64,000 nt of DNA from an uncultured bacterium (GTDB lineage: Bacteria; Verrucomicrobiota; Kiritimatiellia; RFP12; UBA1067), in NCBI GenBank assembly GCA_902770045.1, contig CACXRO010000001.1:46304-110303 (forward strand), given 5' to 3'. A model generated the notes under the pieces. The model ran no database searches. It was not told the DNA's origin and saw nothing but the letters and a program-made list of their open reading frames with translations. Of the stretch, positions 53,131-62,886 are shown in pieces (the stretch's first letter is position 1; every line of letters starts with the position of its first letter). The position numbers were made by a program, and so were the translations under genes.

Positions 53131-53161
53131 ATGGGGCTTGGCATCATGCAATTCTGTCGCG
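53131..53161. repeat. 31-bp direct repeat, right of AbiE
   Basis: 26/31 identical to 51227-51257. Confidence 0.75.
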
Positions 53162-53265
53162 CTAGGCGCCGCGGGACTGCGAGCCAATTTCCCAATTATC
53201 GGCAATTTTGGAATTCTGCCGAGGTTTAAGTGATTTAGCGAATAGTGCGAATAAAATAATCACAT

Positions 53266-53278
53266 GGGGACAGTCCCC
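53266..53278. repeat. REP-like palindrome GGGGACAGTCCCC
   Basis: 6-bp arms at the right edge of the island. Confidence 0.88.
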
Positions 53279-53305
53279 TGCAATACATCGCGCTTCCGCG
53301 GCGCT

Positions 53306-54187
53306 TCACGACGCCAGGGCCAGCAGCGAGACGCCGGCGACGATGGCCGCGAGCGCGATTCCCTTGCGGACAAGGTTGGTCTCGTGGAAGAACCGCGCGC
53401 CCAGGAGGAACGTCAGCACCACCGATAGGCGGCGCATCAGCGAAGCGGCCGAGATTGGCGAGCCGGGGTGGGCGACCCCCTTGAAGTAGAGCCAGTCCGC
53501 GCCGGCGAGCAGGATGCCGACGAGGGGAATGGTCCAGCGCCACTCGAACGCGTCCCGTCCGAGCCGCAGCGCGCGCGACGCCGCCAGGGACAGCGCGTAG
53601 AACGCCACCAGTCCGGCCTGGAACACCAGCTGCACCGCCTCCACCGGCATGGCACGCACCTGGAACACGTACTTGTCCCAGATGGACGACACGGCGGAGA
53701 GCACCGCGCCGGCGATGGCGCACCAGACAGCGCGGCTCCTGAAGAAGTCGATGCCCTCGTGCCGTCCGGCCCAGGAGAACGCGAAATAGCCGGCGAACAC
53801 GGCGGCCATGCCGACTCCCTGCAGCGGCGACGGCGTCTCGCCGTAGAGCGGAACGGCGATCAGCAGCACCAGCGCGGGCGCCGAGGCGCGGATCGGCGTC
53901 GCGATCGTGATCGGCAGCGTCCGCAGCGCACAGAAGGTGAACACCCACGAGGTGCCGACGATGACGCTCTTGGCGATGCCCAGCGAAACCGCCGCGCCAG
54001 AGACCGCGCCAAGCGCGCGGAAATGTCCGGTCGCCAGCAGTCCGACGGCGTAGGCGGCGAAGCCGAACGCCGTCGACGCGAGCAGTACGGGCAAAACGGC
54101 GTTCGCGCCCACGCTCGCCTTCTTGGCGAGGTCGTAGAGCGCGAGCAGCACCGCGCTCGCCAGCACCCATGACGCCCAGTCGGCCAT
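53306..54187 (-). CDS. EamA/DMT family transporter
   Basis: Two 5-TM repeats, LYGET / FFHET. Confidence 0.88.
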   Translation of the reverse strand: MADWASWVLASAVLLALYDLAKKASVGANAVLPVLLASTAFGFAAYAVGLLATGHFRALGAVSGAAVSLGIAKSVIVGTSWVFTFCALRTLPITIATPIRASAPALVLLIAVPLYGETPSPLQGVGMAAVFAGYFAFSWAGRHEGIDFFRSRAVWCAIAGAVLSAVSSIWDKYVFQVRAMPVEAVQLVFQAGLVAFYALSLAASRALRLGRDAFEWRWTIPLVGILLAGADWLYFKGVAHPGSPISAASLMRRLSVVLTFLLGARFFHETNLVRKGIALAAIVAGVSLLALAS

Positions 54188-54228
54188 GACGGGATGCGGC
54201 GGCGGGAGCCTCGCCTAGGCTGCTGCGC

Positions 54229-54669
54229 CTAGGCGACCGAGCCGCCGGCGGCCTCGATGGCGGCCTTGGCGGAGGCGGAGCAGGGCACGCCCTTCACCGA
54301 GAACTTCTTGGTGACCGAGCCCTTGCCGAGAATCTTGACCTTCGGGCGCTTGTTGTCCGAGAAGCCGGCCTTGGCGAGCGCGGCGACGGTGATCTCGGCG
54401 CCAGTCTCGAACTTCTTCTCGAGGTCGGAGAGGTTGACGGCGAGGGCCTTCGCGGCGAACGCGGCGTTGTTGAACCCGCGCTTCGGGAGGCGCCTGACGA
54501 GCGGCATCTGGCCGCCTTCGAAGACGAGCTTGTGCTTGTGGCCCTTGCGGCTCTGCTGGCCCTTCTGACCCTTGCCGGCGGTCTTGCCGAGACCCGAGCC
54601 GCAGCCGCGGCCGACGCGCTTCCTGCTCTTGCGGGCGCCGGGGGTGTTGGTGAGATTGCTGAGTTCCAT
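54229..54669 (-). CDS. rplO: 50S ribosomal protein L15
   Basis: [19 protein letters not shown]. Confidence 0.97.
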   Translation of the reverse strand: MELSNLTNTPGARKSRKRVGRGCGSGLGKTAGKGQKGQQSRKGHKHKLVFEGGQMPLVRRLPKRGFNNAAFAAKALAVNLSDLEKKFETGAEITVAALAKAGFSDNKRPKVKILGKGSVTKKFSVKGVPCSASAKAAIEAAGGSVA

Positions 54670-54689
54670 CCTGTGTTCTCCTTTCGGCG

Positions 54690-55178
54690 TTACGCCCTGA
54701 TCGCGGCGATCTCCTCCGCCGAGCGGAGCTTGGAGAGCGCGTTGAGCGTGGCCTTGACCACGTTGAGGCGGTTCTTGGAGCCGAGCGACTTGCCGACGGC
54801 GTCGCGGATGCCGGCCGCCTCGAGGACGGGGCGCATGCCGCCGCCGACGATGAGGCCGGTGCCGGCGGGCGCCGGCTTGAGGATGACGCGGCCGCCGTCG
54901 CAGACGCCTTCGACGTCGTGCGGGATGGACGAGCCCTTCATCACCACCTTGCGCATCGCCTTGCGGGCGGCCTCGCCGCCCTTGCGGATGGCGTCGGCGA
55001 CCTCGTTGGCCTTGCCGAACCCGACGCCGACGCTGCCTTCCTTGTCGCCGACGACGATGACGGCGGAGAAGCTCATGCGGCGGCCGCCCTTCACGGTCTT
55101 GGCGCAGCGGTTGATGAACACGGTGTGCTCGTCGAGCGCGTCTTCCTGCGTCTCGCGCTTGTCACGATTGAATGCCAT
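54690..55178 (-). CDS. rpsE: 30S ribosomal protein S5
   Basis: [15 protein letters not shown]. Confidence 0.97.
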   Translation of the reverse strand: MAFNRDKRETQEDALDEHTVFINRCAKTVKGGRRMSFSAVIVVGDKEGSVGVGFGKANEVADAIRKGGEAARKAMRKVVMKGSSIPHDVEGVCDGGRVILKPAPAGTGLIVGGGMRPVLEAAGIRDAVGKSLGSKNRLNVVKATLNALSKLRSAEEIAAIRA

Positions 55179-55181
55179 GGC

Positions 55182-55541
55182 TTACTTCTCCTCCTTCTTG
55201 GCCGAGATCGACACGCCGGCGGCGACGGCGGCCTCGACGATCGCCGCGACGCGGCCGGTGTACTTGTGGCCGCCGCGGTCGACGACCACCGACGAGATGC
55301 CGGCCGCCTTCGCCGCCTCCGCGGCGCGGGCACCGAGCTCCTTGGCGACGCCGAGGTTGGCCTTCGCGTCCTTGAGCGAGTTCGCCTGGGCGAGCGTGCG
55401 CCCGGCGTCGTCGTCGATGAACTGCACGTACATGTTCTTGTTGGTGACGCAGATCGACATGCGCGGACGCGCCGCGGTGCCGATGACGCGCTGGCGGAGG
55501 CGGAGGTGCCTCTTCTGGCGCTGGACTTTGCGATTGAACAT
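55182..55541 (-). CDS. rplR: 50S ribosomal protein L18
   Basis: RPRM, DRGGHKYTGRV. Confidence 0.95.
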   Translation of the reverse strand: MFNRKVQRQKRHLRLRQRVIGTAARPRMSICVTNKNMYVQFIDDDAGRTLAQANSLKDAKANLGVAKELGARAAEAAKAAGISSVVVDRGGHKYTGRVAAIVEAAVAAGVSISAKKEEK

Positions 55542-55565
55542 AAGTTGCTCTCCTTCGCGGCGCCG

Positions 55566-56111
55566 TTAGGCGACCTTCTTGCCCTGTTTGCGGCGGATGT
55601 GCTCGCCGACGTACTTGATGCCCTTGCCCTTGTAGGGCTCGGCCGGGTAGTACGAGCGGATGCGGCGGATGCGCGCGGCGGCCTCGCCGACCATCTGCTT
55701 GTCGCAGCCCTTGATCGTCACCTGCAGCCCGTCGTTCTCGACCGTGACCGTGAGGCCGGCCGGAATCGCGAACACCTTGGGCGACGCAAAGCCGAGCGAA
55801 AGCGCCAGCTCCTGCCCCTTCAGAACCGCCTTGAAGCCGGTGCCCTCGATCGAGAGCTGCTTCTGGAAGCCCTGGGAGACGCCGACCGCCATGTTGTTGA
55901 TCAGTGCGCGGGCGAGGCCGTGGAAGGCGCCGAGCGCCTTGTCGTCGGCGCAGGAGACGACGACCGAGCCGTCCTCCACCTTCGCGGTGATGCCCTCGTG
56001 CATCGTGTACGAAAGCTCGCCGAGCTTGCCCTTGACCGTCACCGTCTGGCCCGAGACCGTGGCGGTGACGCCATCGGCGAGCTTGACGGGTTCTTTACCG
56101 ATTCGAGACAT
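55566..56111 (-). CDS. rplF: 50S ribosomal protein L6
   Basis: MSRIGK, EPYKGKG. Confidence 0.97.
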   Translation of the reverse strand: MSRIGKEPVKLADGVTATVSGQTVTVKGKLGELSYTMHEGITAKVEDGSVVVSCADDKALGAFHGLARALINNMAVGVSQGFQKQLSIEGTGFKAVLKGQELALSLGFASPKVFAIPAGLTVTVENDGLQVTIKGCDKQMVGEAAARIRRIRSYYPAEPYKGKGIKYVGEHIRRKQGKKVA

Positions 56112-56127
56112 GTTCTTGACTCCTCAA

Positions 56128-56520
56128 TTAGGCGACCGTGCAGATTACCTCGCCGCCGAGCTTCTCCTTCTTCGCCTCGACGCCGGACATGACGCCCTTC
56201 GAAGTGGAGAGGATCGTGAGACCCATGCCGTCGAGGACGGCGGGTATCTTGGCGGTGCTTACGTAGTGGCGCAGGCCCGGCTTGGACACGCGCTTGAGCT
56301 CCGTGATGGCGGGCTTCGCCTTCGCGGTGTACTTGAGCGTGATCACGAGCTTGCGGGGAAACTCGGTGGTCATGGCGAAGTCGGCGATGTAGCCGGCGTC
56401 CTTCATCACGCGGGCGATCTCGCCCTTGAGCCTGCTCGCGGGGACCTCGACGGAGTAGAGGCGGGCCTTCAGTCCGTTGCGGATCGTCGTGAGCATGTCG
56501 GAAATGGGATCCATAGTCAT
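56128..56520 (-). CDS. rpsH: 30S ribosomal protein S8
   Basis: DPISDMLT, SKPGLR, GGE. Confidence 0.97.
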   Translation of the reverse strand: MTMDPISDMLTTIRNGLKARLYSVEVPASRLKGEIARVMKDAGYIADFAMTTEFPRKLVITLKYTAKAKPAITELKRVSKPGLRHYVSTAKIPAVLDGMGLTILSTSKGVMSGVEAKKEKLGGEVICTVA

Positions 56521-56542
56521 AGCGTCGGTTCCTTTCCTTGGT

Positions 56543-56728
56543 TTACCACGAGGCCTTGGTCACGCCGGGGATGAGGCCGGCGACGGCGAGTTCGCGGAAG
56601 CAGAGGCGGCAGACGCCGAACTTGCGCAGGTACGCGTGGCGGCGGCCGCAGCGCTGGCAGCGGTTGTAGGCGCGGACCTTGAACTTGGGCGCGCGCTTCT
56701 GCTTTTCGATGAGACACTGTTTTGCCAT
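56543..56728 (-). CDS. rpsN: 30S ribosomal protein S14, zinc-binding form
   Basis: RCQRCGR..CRLCFRE. Confidence 0.97.
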   Translation of the reverse strand: MAKQCLIEKQKRAPKFKVRAYNRCQRCGRRHAYLRKFGVCRLCFRELAVAGLIPGVTKASW

Positions 56729-56731
56729 GGC

Positions 56732-57265
56732 TTAGTTCCTTCCTGCGAACGGCATGCCCATGGAGACGAGAAGCTCCTTGCAGGCCTTGTTGTCGGTCGA
56801 GCTGGTCACGAACGTGATGTCCATGCCGGAGTGGGCCGAGGACTCCACCAGCTCGGGGAAGATCGTGTGCTCCTTCACGCCGAGGGTGTAGTTGCCGGCG
56901 CCGTCGAAGCCGCGGTTGGGAACGCCGCGGAAGTCGCGGATCCTCGGCAGCGCGGCGGAGATCAGCCGGTCGGCGAACTCCCACATGCGCTCGCCGCGCA
57001 GCGTGACCTTCGCGCCGATGACCATGCCCTCGCGCAGCTTGAAGTTCGAGATCGACTTCTTCGCGCGGCAGAGCATCGGGCGCTGGCCGGTGATGGCCGC
57101 CAGGTCGTCCACCAGGGTCTTCTGCTCGTCCTTGGTGACGATGCCGAAGCCCATGTTGATGACGATCTTCTGGAGGCGCGGAACGAGCATCCGGTTGGTC
57201 GTGCCCAGCTTCTTCTCGAGCTCGGGCACGATGCGGCTCGCGTATTCGTCCTTGAGTCTTGCCAT
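56732..57265 (-). CDS. rplE: 50S ribosomal protein L5
   Basis: KIVINMG, PRIRDFRG. Confidence 0.97.
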   Translation of the reverse strand: MARLKDEYASRIVPELEKKLGTTNRMLVPRLQKIVINMGFGIVTKDEQKTLVDDLAAITGQRPMLCRAKKSISNFKLREGMVIGAKVTLRGERMWEFADRLISAALPRIRDFRGVPNRGFDGAGNYTLGVKEHTIFPELVESSAHSGMDITFVTSSTDNKACKELLVSMGMPFAGRN

Positions 57266-57282
57266 GATGTCCTGTTCCTTCC

Positions 57283-57594
57283 TTAGAGGGCCTTGCCGCT
57301 CTTGATGGAGACGCGGGCCTTCTTGCCCTCCTTCTCCCCGGTCTTGACCCGCGTGCCGCACTTCTTCTCGGCGTCGTAGGGCATGAGCTTGCAGAGGCGG
57401 ATCGGCAGCTCGACGTCGATGATGCCGCCCGGGGTCTTCTCCGTCCGGCGCATCGCCTTCTTGTGCACGTTGATGCCGCCGACGACGGCGACGCCCTTCT
57501 TGGGGTCGACCCTGACGACCGTGCCCGTCTTGCCGGCGTCGTTGCCGCTGACGACGATCACGGTGTCGTTCTTCCTGATTCTTGCGATAGCCAT
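57283..57594 (-). CDS. rplX: 50S ribosomal protein L24
   Basis: KOW motif DTVIVVSGNDAGKTG. Confidence 0.95.
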   Translation of the reverse strand: MAIARIRKNDTVIVVSGNDAGKTGTVVRVDPKKGVAVVGGINVHKKAMRRTEKTPGGIIDVELPIRLCKLMPYDAEKKCGTRVKTGEKEGKKARVSIKSGKAL

Positions 57595-57611
57595 TTGACT
57601 GCTCCTTTTCG

Positions 57612-57977
57612 TCAGACCACTTCCGGGGCCATCGAGAGGATCTTCATGTAGTTCTTTTCGCGGAGCTCGCGCGCCACCGGCCCGAAGACGCGGGTGCCGA
57701 TGGGGTTGAGCTTCGAGTCGACGAGGACGCAGGCGTTCTGGTCGAAGTGGACCGTCGAGCCGTCCGCGCGGCGGATGGGGTTGCCGGTGCGGATGATGAC
57801 GGCGGTGGCGACCGACCCCTTCTTGATGGAAGAGGTGGGCGACGCCTCCTTGATCGCGACGCGGATGACGTCGCCGAGGTGCGCGTACTCCTTGCGCTGC
57901 TTGAGGATGCGGAAGCACATCGCGCGCTTGGCGCCCGTGTTGTCCGCAACCACTAGGTTGGAGAGTTCCTGAAGCAT
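57612..57977 (-). CDS. rplN: 50S ribosomal protein L14
   Basis: VADNTGAK, GTRVFGPV. Confidence 0.97.
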   Translation of the reverse strand: MLQELSNLVVADNTGAKRAMCFRILKQRKEYAHLGDVIRVAIKEASPTSSIKKGSVATAVIIRTGNPIRRADGSTVHFDQNACVLVDSKLNPIGTRVFGPVARELREKNYMKILSMAPEVV

Positions 57978-57990
57978 GGCGTTTGCTCCT

Positions 57991-58242
57991 TTACTTCACG
58001 ATCCGCCAGCGCTTGGTGGCCGAAAGCGGACGGGTTTCCATGATGGCGACGACGTCGCCGACCTTGGCGGTGTCGGCCTCGTCGTGCACGTGGTAGTTCT
58101 TCGTGCGCGTGACGATCTTGCCGTACACGGGATGGCGCTCACGGTACGAGACCGCGACCTTGACGGTCTTGGCGCCGGACTTGGAGACGACGACGCCCTT
58201 CCTGAGCTTGCGGGCGCCGCGGGTGTTGTTTTCCGTGCTCAT
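57991..58242 (-). CDS. rpsQ: 30S ribosomal protein S17
   Basis: HPVYGK, ETRPLSATKRW. Confidence 0.96.
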   Translation of the reverse strand: MSTENNTRGARKLRKGVVVSKSGAKTVKVAVSYRERHPVYGKIVTRTKNYHVHDEADTAKVGDVVAIMETRPLSATKRWRIVK

Positions 58243-58664
58243 CAGATCTTTACTCCTGCGCGGGTTATGAACTTGGTGTGGATGCCGATCTTGGTGGCGG
58301 CGAGGCGGAGGCACTCCTTGGCGACCTCCTCGCTGACGCCGCCGACCTCGAAGAGCACCTTGCCGGGGAGGATCACGGCAGCCCAGAACTCCGGGTTGCC
58401 CTTGCCCCCGCCCATACGCACTTCGATCGGCTTGCGGGTGACCGGCTTGTCGGGGAACACGCGGATCCAGAGCTTGCCCTTGCGCTTCATCTCGCGGTTG
58501 ATCGCCACGCGGCACGCCTCGATCTGGGTGGCCGTGAGCAGGCCGCGGGTGAGCGCCTTGAGGCCGAACTCGCCGTACGCGAGCTCAGTCCCCGAAGTGG
58601 CGTAGCCGGAGCGGTTGCCCTTGGAAACCTTGCGGTACTTTACTCTCTTGGGCATCAGCGGCAT
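58242..58664 (-). CDS. rplP: 50S ribosomal protein L16
   Basis: [16 protein letters not shown]. Confidence 0.97.
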   Translation of the reverse strand: MPLMPKRVKYRKVSKGNRSGYATSGTELAYGEFGLKALTRGLLTATQIEACRVAINREMKRKGKLWIRVFPDKPVTRKPIEVRMGGGKGNPEFWAAVILPGKVLFEVGGVSEEVAKECLRLAATKIGIHTKFITRAGVKI

Positions 58665-58667
58665 GGC

Positions 58668-59363
58668 TTAGCTCCTCTCCTTGCGGTCCCCGCGCTCGCG
58701 GCGGCCTTCGCGGCGCTCGCCGCGCGGCGCCCGCGCCTGGAAACCTTCCTTCTTGCAGATCCACACCTTGATGCCGATCTTGCCGGCGGTGGTGTTGGCC
58801 TCAGCGAACCCGTAGTCGATGTTCGCCCTCAGGGTGTGCAGCGGCACCTTGCCCTCGCGCGACCACTCGACGCGCGCGATCTCCGCGCCGTTGATGCGGC
58901 CGCCGGCGTGGATCTTGATGCCGTCGACGCCCATGTCCATCGCCACCTTCTGCGCGCGCTTCATCGCGCGCTTGAGCATGATGCGGCGCTCGAGCTGCTG
59001 GGCGATCGACTCGGCCACGAGCTGCGCGTCGGCGTCGGCGCCGGCCACCTCCTTGACCTCGATGTAGACCTCCTTCTTGGTCAGCTTCTCGAGCTCCTTG
59101 CGGATCGCCTCGACGTCGCCGCCGTTGCGCCCGAGGATCACGCCGGGGCGCGCGCTGAAGAGCGTGACCCTGGCGCGGCTGGCGTAGCGCTCGATGAGGA
59201 TCTTGGAGACTCCCGCCTCGGCAAGCCTCTTCTTGCAGACCTCGCGGATCTTCTGGTCCTCGACCAGCAGCGCCCCGAACGTCTTCTTGGGCGCGAACCA
59301 GCGGCTGCCCCAGGCGTGGTTGACGCCGACGCGGAACCCGACCGGATTGACTTTCTGTCCCAT
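58668..59363 (-). CDS. rpsC: 30S ribosomal protein S3
   Basis: MGQKVNP, PLHTLRA. Confidence 0.97.
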   Translation of the reverse strand: MGQKVNPVGFRVGVNHAWGSRWFAPKKTFGALLVEDQKIREVCKKRLAEAGVSKILIERYASRARVTLFSARPGVILGRNGGDVEAIRKELEKLTKKEVYIEVKEVAGADADAQLVAESIAQQLERRIMLKRAMKRAQKVAMDMGVDGIKIHAGGRINGAEIARVEWSREGKVPLHTLRANIDYGFAEANTTAGKIGIKVWICKKEGFQARAPRGERREGRRERGDRKERS

Positions 59364-59857
59364 TACTTAGACTCCTTCCCCTTCTTCGCGTCCACGAGAA
59401 CCACCCGGCAGTGGCACAGGCGCCGCGCGATCGGATGGGCCGAGCCGCGGGCCGTGGGCCAGTAGCGGCGCATCCTCACCGACTCCTCGAGCACGCAGAG
59501 GCGCACCTTCAGCGCGCCCGCGTCGGCGACGCCGTCGTTGTTCGACGCGTTCGCCATCGCGCTCAGGATCGTCTTCTTGATGATCTGCGCCGCCTTCTTG
59601 GGCGAGAACTCCACTATCTTCAGCGCCTCCGAGGCCTTCAGCCCCTGGCACGCCGCCGCCAGCGGGCGGCCCTTGAACGCCGACATCCGCGAGTTGCGCG
59701 TCACGGCGACGTACGCCTGCTCGAGGCCGAGGACCTTGACCTTCGACCCCTGCGGGAACTTCGCCTCGAGCTTGGCGCCCGCCTCCTGCTCGGAGCCGGC
59801 CGAGATGCACCCCTCGGCCGCGGCGCCGTTCTTGCTGATTCTATAAAGGAACGTCAT
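59363..59857 (-). CDS. rplV: 50S ribosomal protein L22 with ~47-aa N-terminal extension
   Basis: SAMANA, PTARGSA; RBS before ATG 59857. Confidence 0.9.
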   Translation of the reverse strand: MTFLYRISKNGAAAEGCISAGSEQEAGAKLEAKFPQGSKVKVLGLEQAYVAVTRNSRMSAFKGRPLAAACQGLKASEALKIVEFSPKKAAQIIKKTILSAMANASNNDGVADAGALKVRLCVLEESVRMRRYWPTARGSAHPIARRLCHCRVVLVDAKKGKESK

Positions 59858-59869
59858 AGCTCACTTCCC

Positions 59870-60148
59870 TTACTTTTCGGCCTTGGCCGCCGAGTTGCCG
59901 TGCGCCTTGAACGTGCGCGTGGGGGCGAACTCGCCGAGCCGGTGCCCGACCATGTTTTCCGTGATGAAGACCGGCATGTGCTGGCGGCCGTTGTGGATCG
60001 CGAACGTGAGACCCACGAAGTCCGGGAGCACCATCGAACGGCGGCTCCAGGTCTTGATCGGCTGCTTCTTGCCGCTCGCCTGCATCTTCTCGACCTTGCG
60101 GAGGAGGCTCTCCTCGACATAAGGTCCCTTCTTGAGAGAACGACTCAT
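59870..60148 (-). CDS. rpsS: 30S ribosomal protein S19
   Basis: RSLKKGP, GHRLGEF. Confidence 0.97.
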   Translation of the reverse strand: MSRSLKKGPYVEESLLRKVEKMQASGKKQPIKTWSRRSMVLPDFVGLTFAIHNGRQHMPVFITENMVGHRLGEFAPTRTFKAHGNSAAKAEK

Positions 60149-60151
60149 GGA

Positions 60152-60976
60152 CTACTTCCTCCTCTTGACGATGACCTTGTCGGACGCCTTCCTCTTCGCG
60201 CGGGTCTTGCCGCCCTTCGCGAGCTGGCCCCACGGCGAACGCGGGTGGCTGCCGCCGGACGTGCGGCCCTCGCCGCCGCCCATCGGGTGGTCGACCGGGT
60301 TCATCGCGACGCCGCGCACCGTCGGGCGGATGCCGAGGTAGCGCTTGCGGCCGGCCTTGCCGAGCTTGATCGAGCCCCAGTCCTTGTTGCCGACCGAGCC
60401 GACGCAGGCGCGGCAGCGGCCGTCGAAGATCCTCACCTCTCCGGAGGGCATCTTGAGCGTCACCCTGCCGCCGTCGCGCGCCATCACCTGGCAGGCGTTG
60501 CCGGCGGAGCGGGCGACCTTGGCGCCCTGGCCCGGGACGAGCTCGATCGCGTGGACCGTCAGGCCCAGCGGGATCTGCGAGAGCGGCAGGCAGTTGCCGA
60601 CCGTCGCCTCGGCCTTCGCGCCGTTCATGACCTTCATGCCCTGCTTGAGCCCCTCGGGCGCGAGGATGTAGCTCTTCTCGCCGTCGGCGTACTCGATGAG
60701 CGCCAGGTAGGCGCTGCGGGTGGGGTCGTAGGCGATGTCCTTCACCGTCGCCTCAACGCCCTCCTTCCGGCGCTTGAAGTCGACGATGCGCATGCGCTGC
60801 TTGGCGCCGCCGCCGCGGTGGCGGACGGTGATGCGGCCCTGGTTGTTGCGGCCGGCGGTCTTGCGGACCGCCTTGGTCAGGCGCTTCACCGGGCTCTTCT
60901 CGGTGATCTCCTCGAACGTCGCGGACTCGCGGAACCGCATGCCGCACGAGCGGGCTTTGTACTTTTTCAGTGCCAT
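60152..60976 (-). CDS. rplB: 50S ribosomal protein L2
   Basis: GRNNQGRIT, MNPVDHPMGGGEG. Confidence 0.98.
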   Translation of the reverse strand: MALKKYKARSCGMRFRESATFEEITEKSPVKRLTKAVRKTAGRNNQGRITVRHRGGGAKQRMRIVDFKRRKEGVEATVKDIAYDPTRSAYLALIEYADGEKSYILAPEGLKQGMKVMNGAKAEATVGNCLPLSQIPLGLTVHAIELVPGQGAKVARSAGNACQVMARDGGRVTLKMPSGEVRIFDGRCRACVGSVGNKDWGSIKLGKAGRKRYLGIRPTVRGVAMNPVDHPMGGGEGRTSGGSHPRSPWGQLAKGGKTRAKRKASDKVIVKRRK

Positions 60977-60991
60977 ATTCTCCGGTCTCCC

Positions 60992-61294
60992 TTACGCGAG
61001 CTCGATGCGCTCGCCGGCCCTGACGGTGACGATCGCCTTCTTCCAGGTCGGCTCCGCGACCGCGCGGCGGGTGCCGCGCACATACCTCATGCCGCCCTTC
61101 ATGTTGGCGGTGCGCACCTTGAGCACGTGAACGCCGAAGGCCTTCTCGGCCATCTCGGCGATCATCGGCTTGCGGGCGTCGCGCGCGACCTCGAGCGGGT
61201 AGCGGTTCTCAGCCGAGATCCGCGAGCCCTTCTCGGTGATCAGCACGTCGAGAATGACGCCGTTCGTCTTTTCCTTAAGCTCCTGCTTCGTCAT
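60992..61294 (-). CDS. rplW: 50S ribosomal protein L23
   Basis: ITEK, WKKAIVT. Confidence 0.93.
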   Translation of the reverse strand: MTKQELKEKTNGVILDVLITEKGSRISAENRYPLEVARDARKPMIAEMAEKAFGVHVLKVRTANMKGGMRYVRGTRRAVAEPTWKKAIVTVRAGERIELA

Positions 61295-61307
61295 GACTCT
61301 TCCCTCC

Positions 61308-61901
61308 TTACCTGGCGATGCGGGCCATGAGCGCGTCGAACGCCGCCTTGTCGCAGACGAGCTTGCGGTTCGCGAGGACCGCGTAGACGTCGAGCGCCTG
61401 CGCCGTCGAGTAGTCGATCCGCGGCAGGTTGGACATCGCCAGCACCACCGTGTCGTCCACGTCCTTCTGCACGATCACCGCCGTGCGGTCCACGCCGAGC
61501 GTCTTCAGGAACGCGGCCATCAGCTTCGTCTTCGGAGCCTCGAGCTTGAACTCGTCGACCACGATCACGTCGCCGGCCTTCAGCTTGTCGGAGAAGGCGC
61601 GCGCAAAGGCGAGCTTCATCACCTTCTTGTTCACCTTCTGCTCGTAGGAGCGCGGGTGGGGGCCGTGCGCCACGCCGCCGCCGCGCCACACCGGGCTCTG
61701 GCGGAAGCCGGCGCGGGCGTTGCCCGTGCCCTTCTGCTTCCACGGCTTCTTGTTGGAGCCGGCCACCTCGCCCTTGGACTTGGTGGACGCCGTGCCGGCG
61801 CGCATCGCGTTGCGGATCGCGGTAACCGCGTCCTTCACCGCCTGCGCGCCCTTGTCGAGCGTCAGCTGCGACTCGTCGTAAGCGACTTCAATCTTCTGCA
61901 T
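61308..61901 (-). CDS. rplD: 50S ribosomal protein L4
   Basis: KPWKQKGTGNARAG. Confidence 0.96.
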   Translation of the reverse strand: MQKIEVAYDESQLTLDKGAQAVKDAVTAIRNAMRAGTASTKSKGEVAGSNKKPWKQKGTGNARAGFRQSPVWRGGGVAHGPHPRSYEQKVNKKVMKLAFARAFSDKLKAGDVIVVDEFKLEAPKTKLMAAFLKTLGVDRTAVIVQKDVDDTVVLAMSNLPRIDYSTAQALDVYAVLANRKLVCDKAAFDALMARIAR

Positions 61902-61904
61902 GGC

Positions 61905-62567
61905 TTACTTCCCCCCTTTCGCGGCCTTGGCCGCGACCACGTTGTTCTTGAGGGACTTGCGCACGAACACGATGCCGTTCCGGGCGCCGGGGATCGACCC
62001 CTTCACGAGCAGCGCGTTGTCCTCGGGGCGGATCGCCACGACCTCGAGGTTCATGGCCTTGCGGCTCACGTCGCCCATGTCGCCGGGCATCTTCTTGCCC
62101 TTTTCGATCCAGCCGGGCAGGTCGCGCGCCGCGAGGCCGCCCGTCCTGCGCTTCGAATGGCCGCCGTGGGTCATGTTGCCGCCGGCGAAGCCCCACTTCT
62201 TGAGGACGCCCGCGAAGCCCTTGCCCTTGGTCATGCCCGTCACGTCCACGTACTTGACGCCCTCGAAGTTGGCCACCGTCACCGCCTGGCCGACCTCCAC
62301 GGTCTCGCCCTCGTCGAGCGCGAACTCCTTGAGCACCTTGAGCGCCCCGACGCCGGCCTTCTCGAAGCGCGTGCGCTCCGCCTTCGCCAGGCGCTGCGGC
62401 TTCTGCGGGCCGAAACCGACCTGCGCCGCCGAATAGCCGTCCTTCTCCAGCGTCTTGAGCTGGACCACCGGGCAGGGCCCGACCTCGATCACCGTGACGC
62501 AGGTCCTGACGCCGTCGGCGTCGAACACCTGGGTCATCCCGACCTTCTTTCCAATCAATCCTTCCAT
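61905..62567 (-). CDS. rplC: 50S ribosomal protein L3
   Basis: GKKVGMTQ, KGKGFAG. Confidence 0.97.
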   Translation of the reverse strand: MEGLIGKKVGMTQVFDADGVRTCVTVIEVGPCPVVQLKTLEKDGYSAAQVGFGPQKPQRLAKAERTRFEKAGVGALKVLKEFALDEGETVEVGQAVTVANFEGVKYVDVTGMTKGKGFAGVLKKWGFAGGNMTHGGHSKRRTGGLAARDLPGWIEKGKKMPGDMGDVSRKAMNLEVVAIRPEDNALLVKGSIPGARNGIVFVRKSLKNNVVAAKAAKGGK

Positions 62568-62577
62568 CGCGACCCCC

Positions 62578-62886
62578 TCAGACCTTGATGGTGATGTCGA
62601 CGCCGGCCGGAAGATTGAGCTTCTTCAGCTCGTCGATCGTCTGCGCCGTCGGGTTGACGATGTCGAGAAGCCGCTTGTGCGTCCTCATCTCGAACTGGTC
62701 CATCGACTTCTTGTCGACGTTGGGCGAGCGGTTCACCGTGAAGCGCTCCACCCGCGTCGGCAGCGGGATCGGACCCACCACCTGCGCACCCGTGCTCCGG
62801 GCCGTGTCGATGATGCCACCGACGGCCTGGTCCAGCACACGATGGTCGTATGCCTGGAGCCGGATGCGTACTCTCTGCTGCTGCAT
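62578..62886 (-). CDS. rpsJ: 30S ribosomal protein S10
   Basis: [16 protein letters not shown]. Confidence 0.97.
   Translation of the reverse strand: MQQQRVRIRLQAYDHRVLDQAVGGIIDTARSTGAQVVGPIPLPTRVERFTVNRSPNVDKKSMDQFEMRTHKRLLDIVNPTAQTIDELKKLNLPAGVDITIKV

Larger units (their letters stand above)
42265..53278. mobile_element. Lower-GC defence island; no integrase or transposase visible
   Basis: Compositional shift, defence cargo, repeat-marked ends. Confidence 0.65.

Noticed and set aside
53244-53272. dif-like site (AGTGCGAATAA resembles a XerC arm)
   Set aside because: No XerD-like TTATGTTAAAT arm follows.
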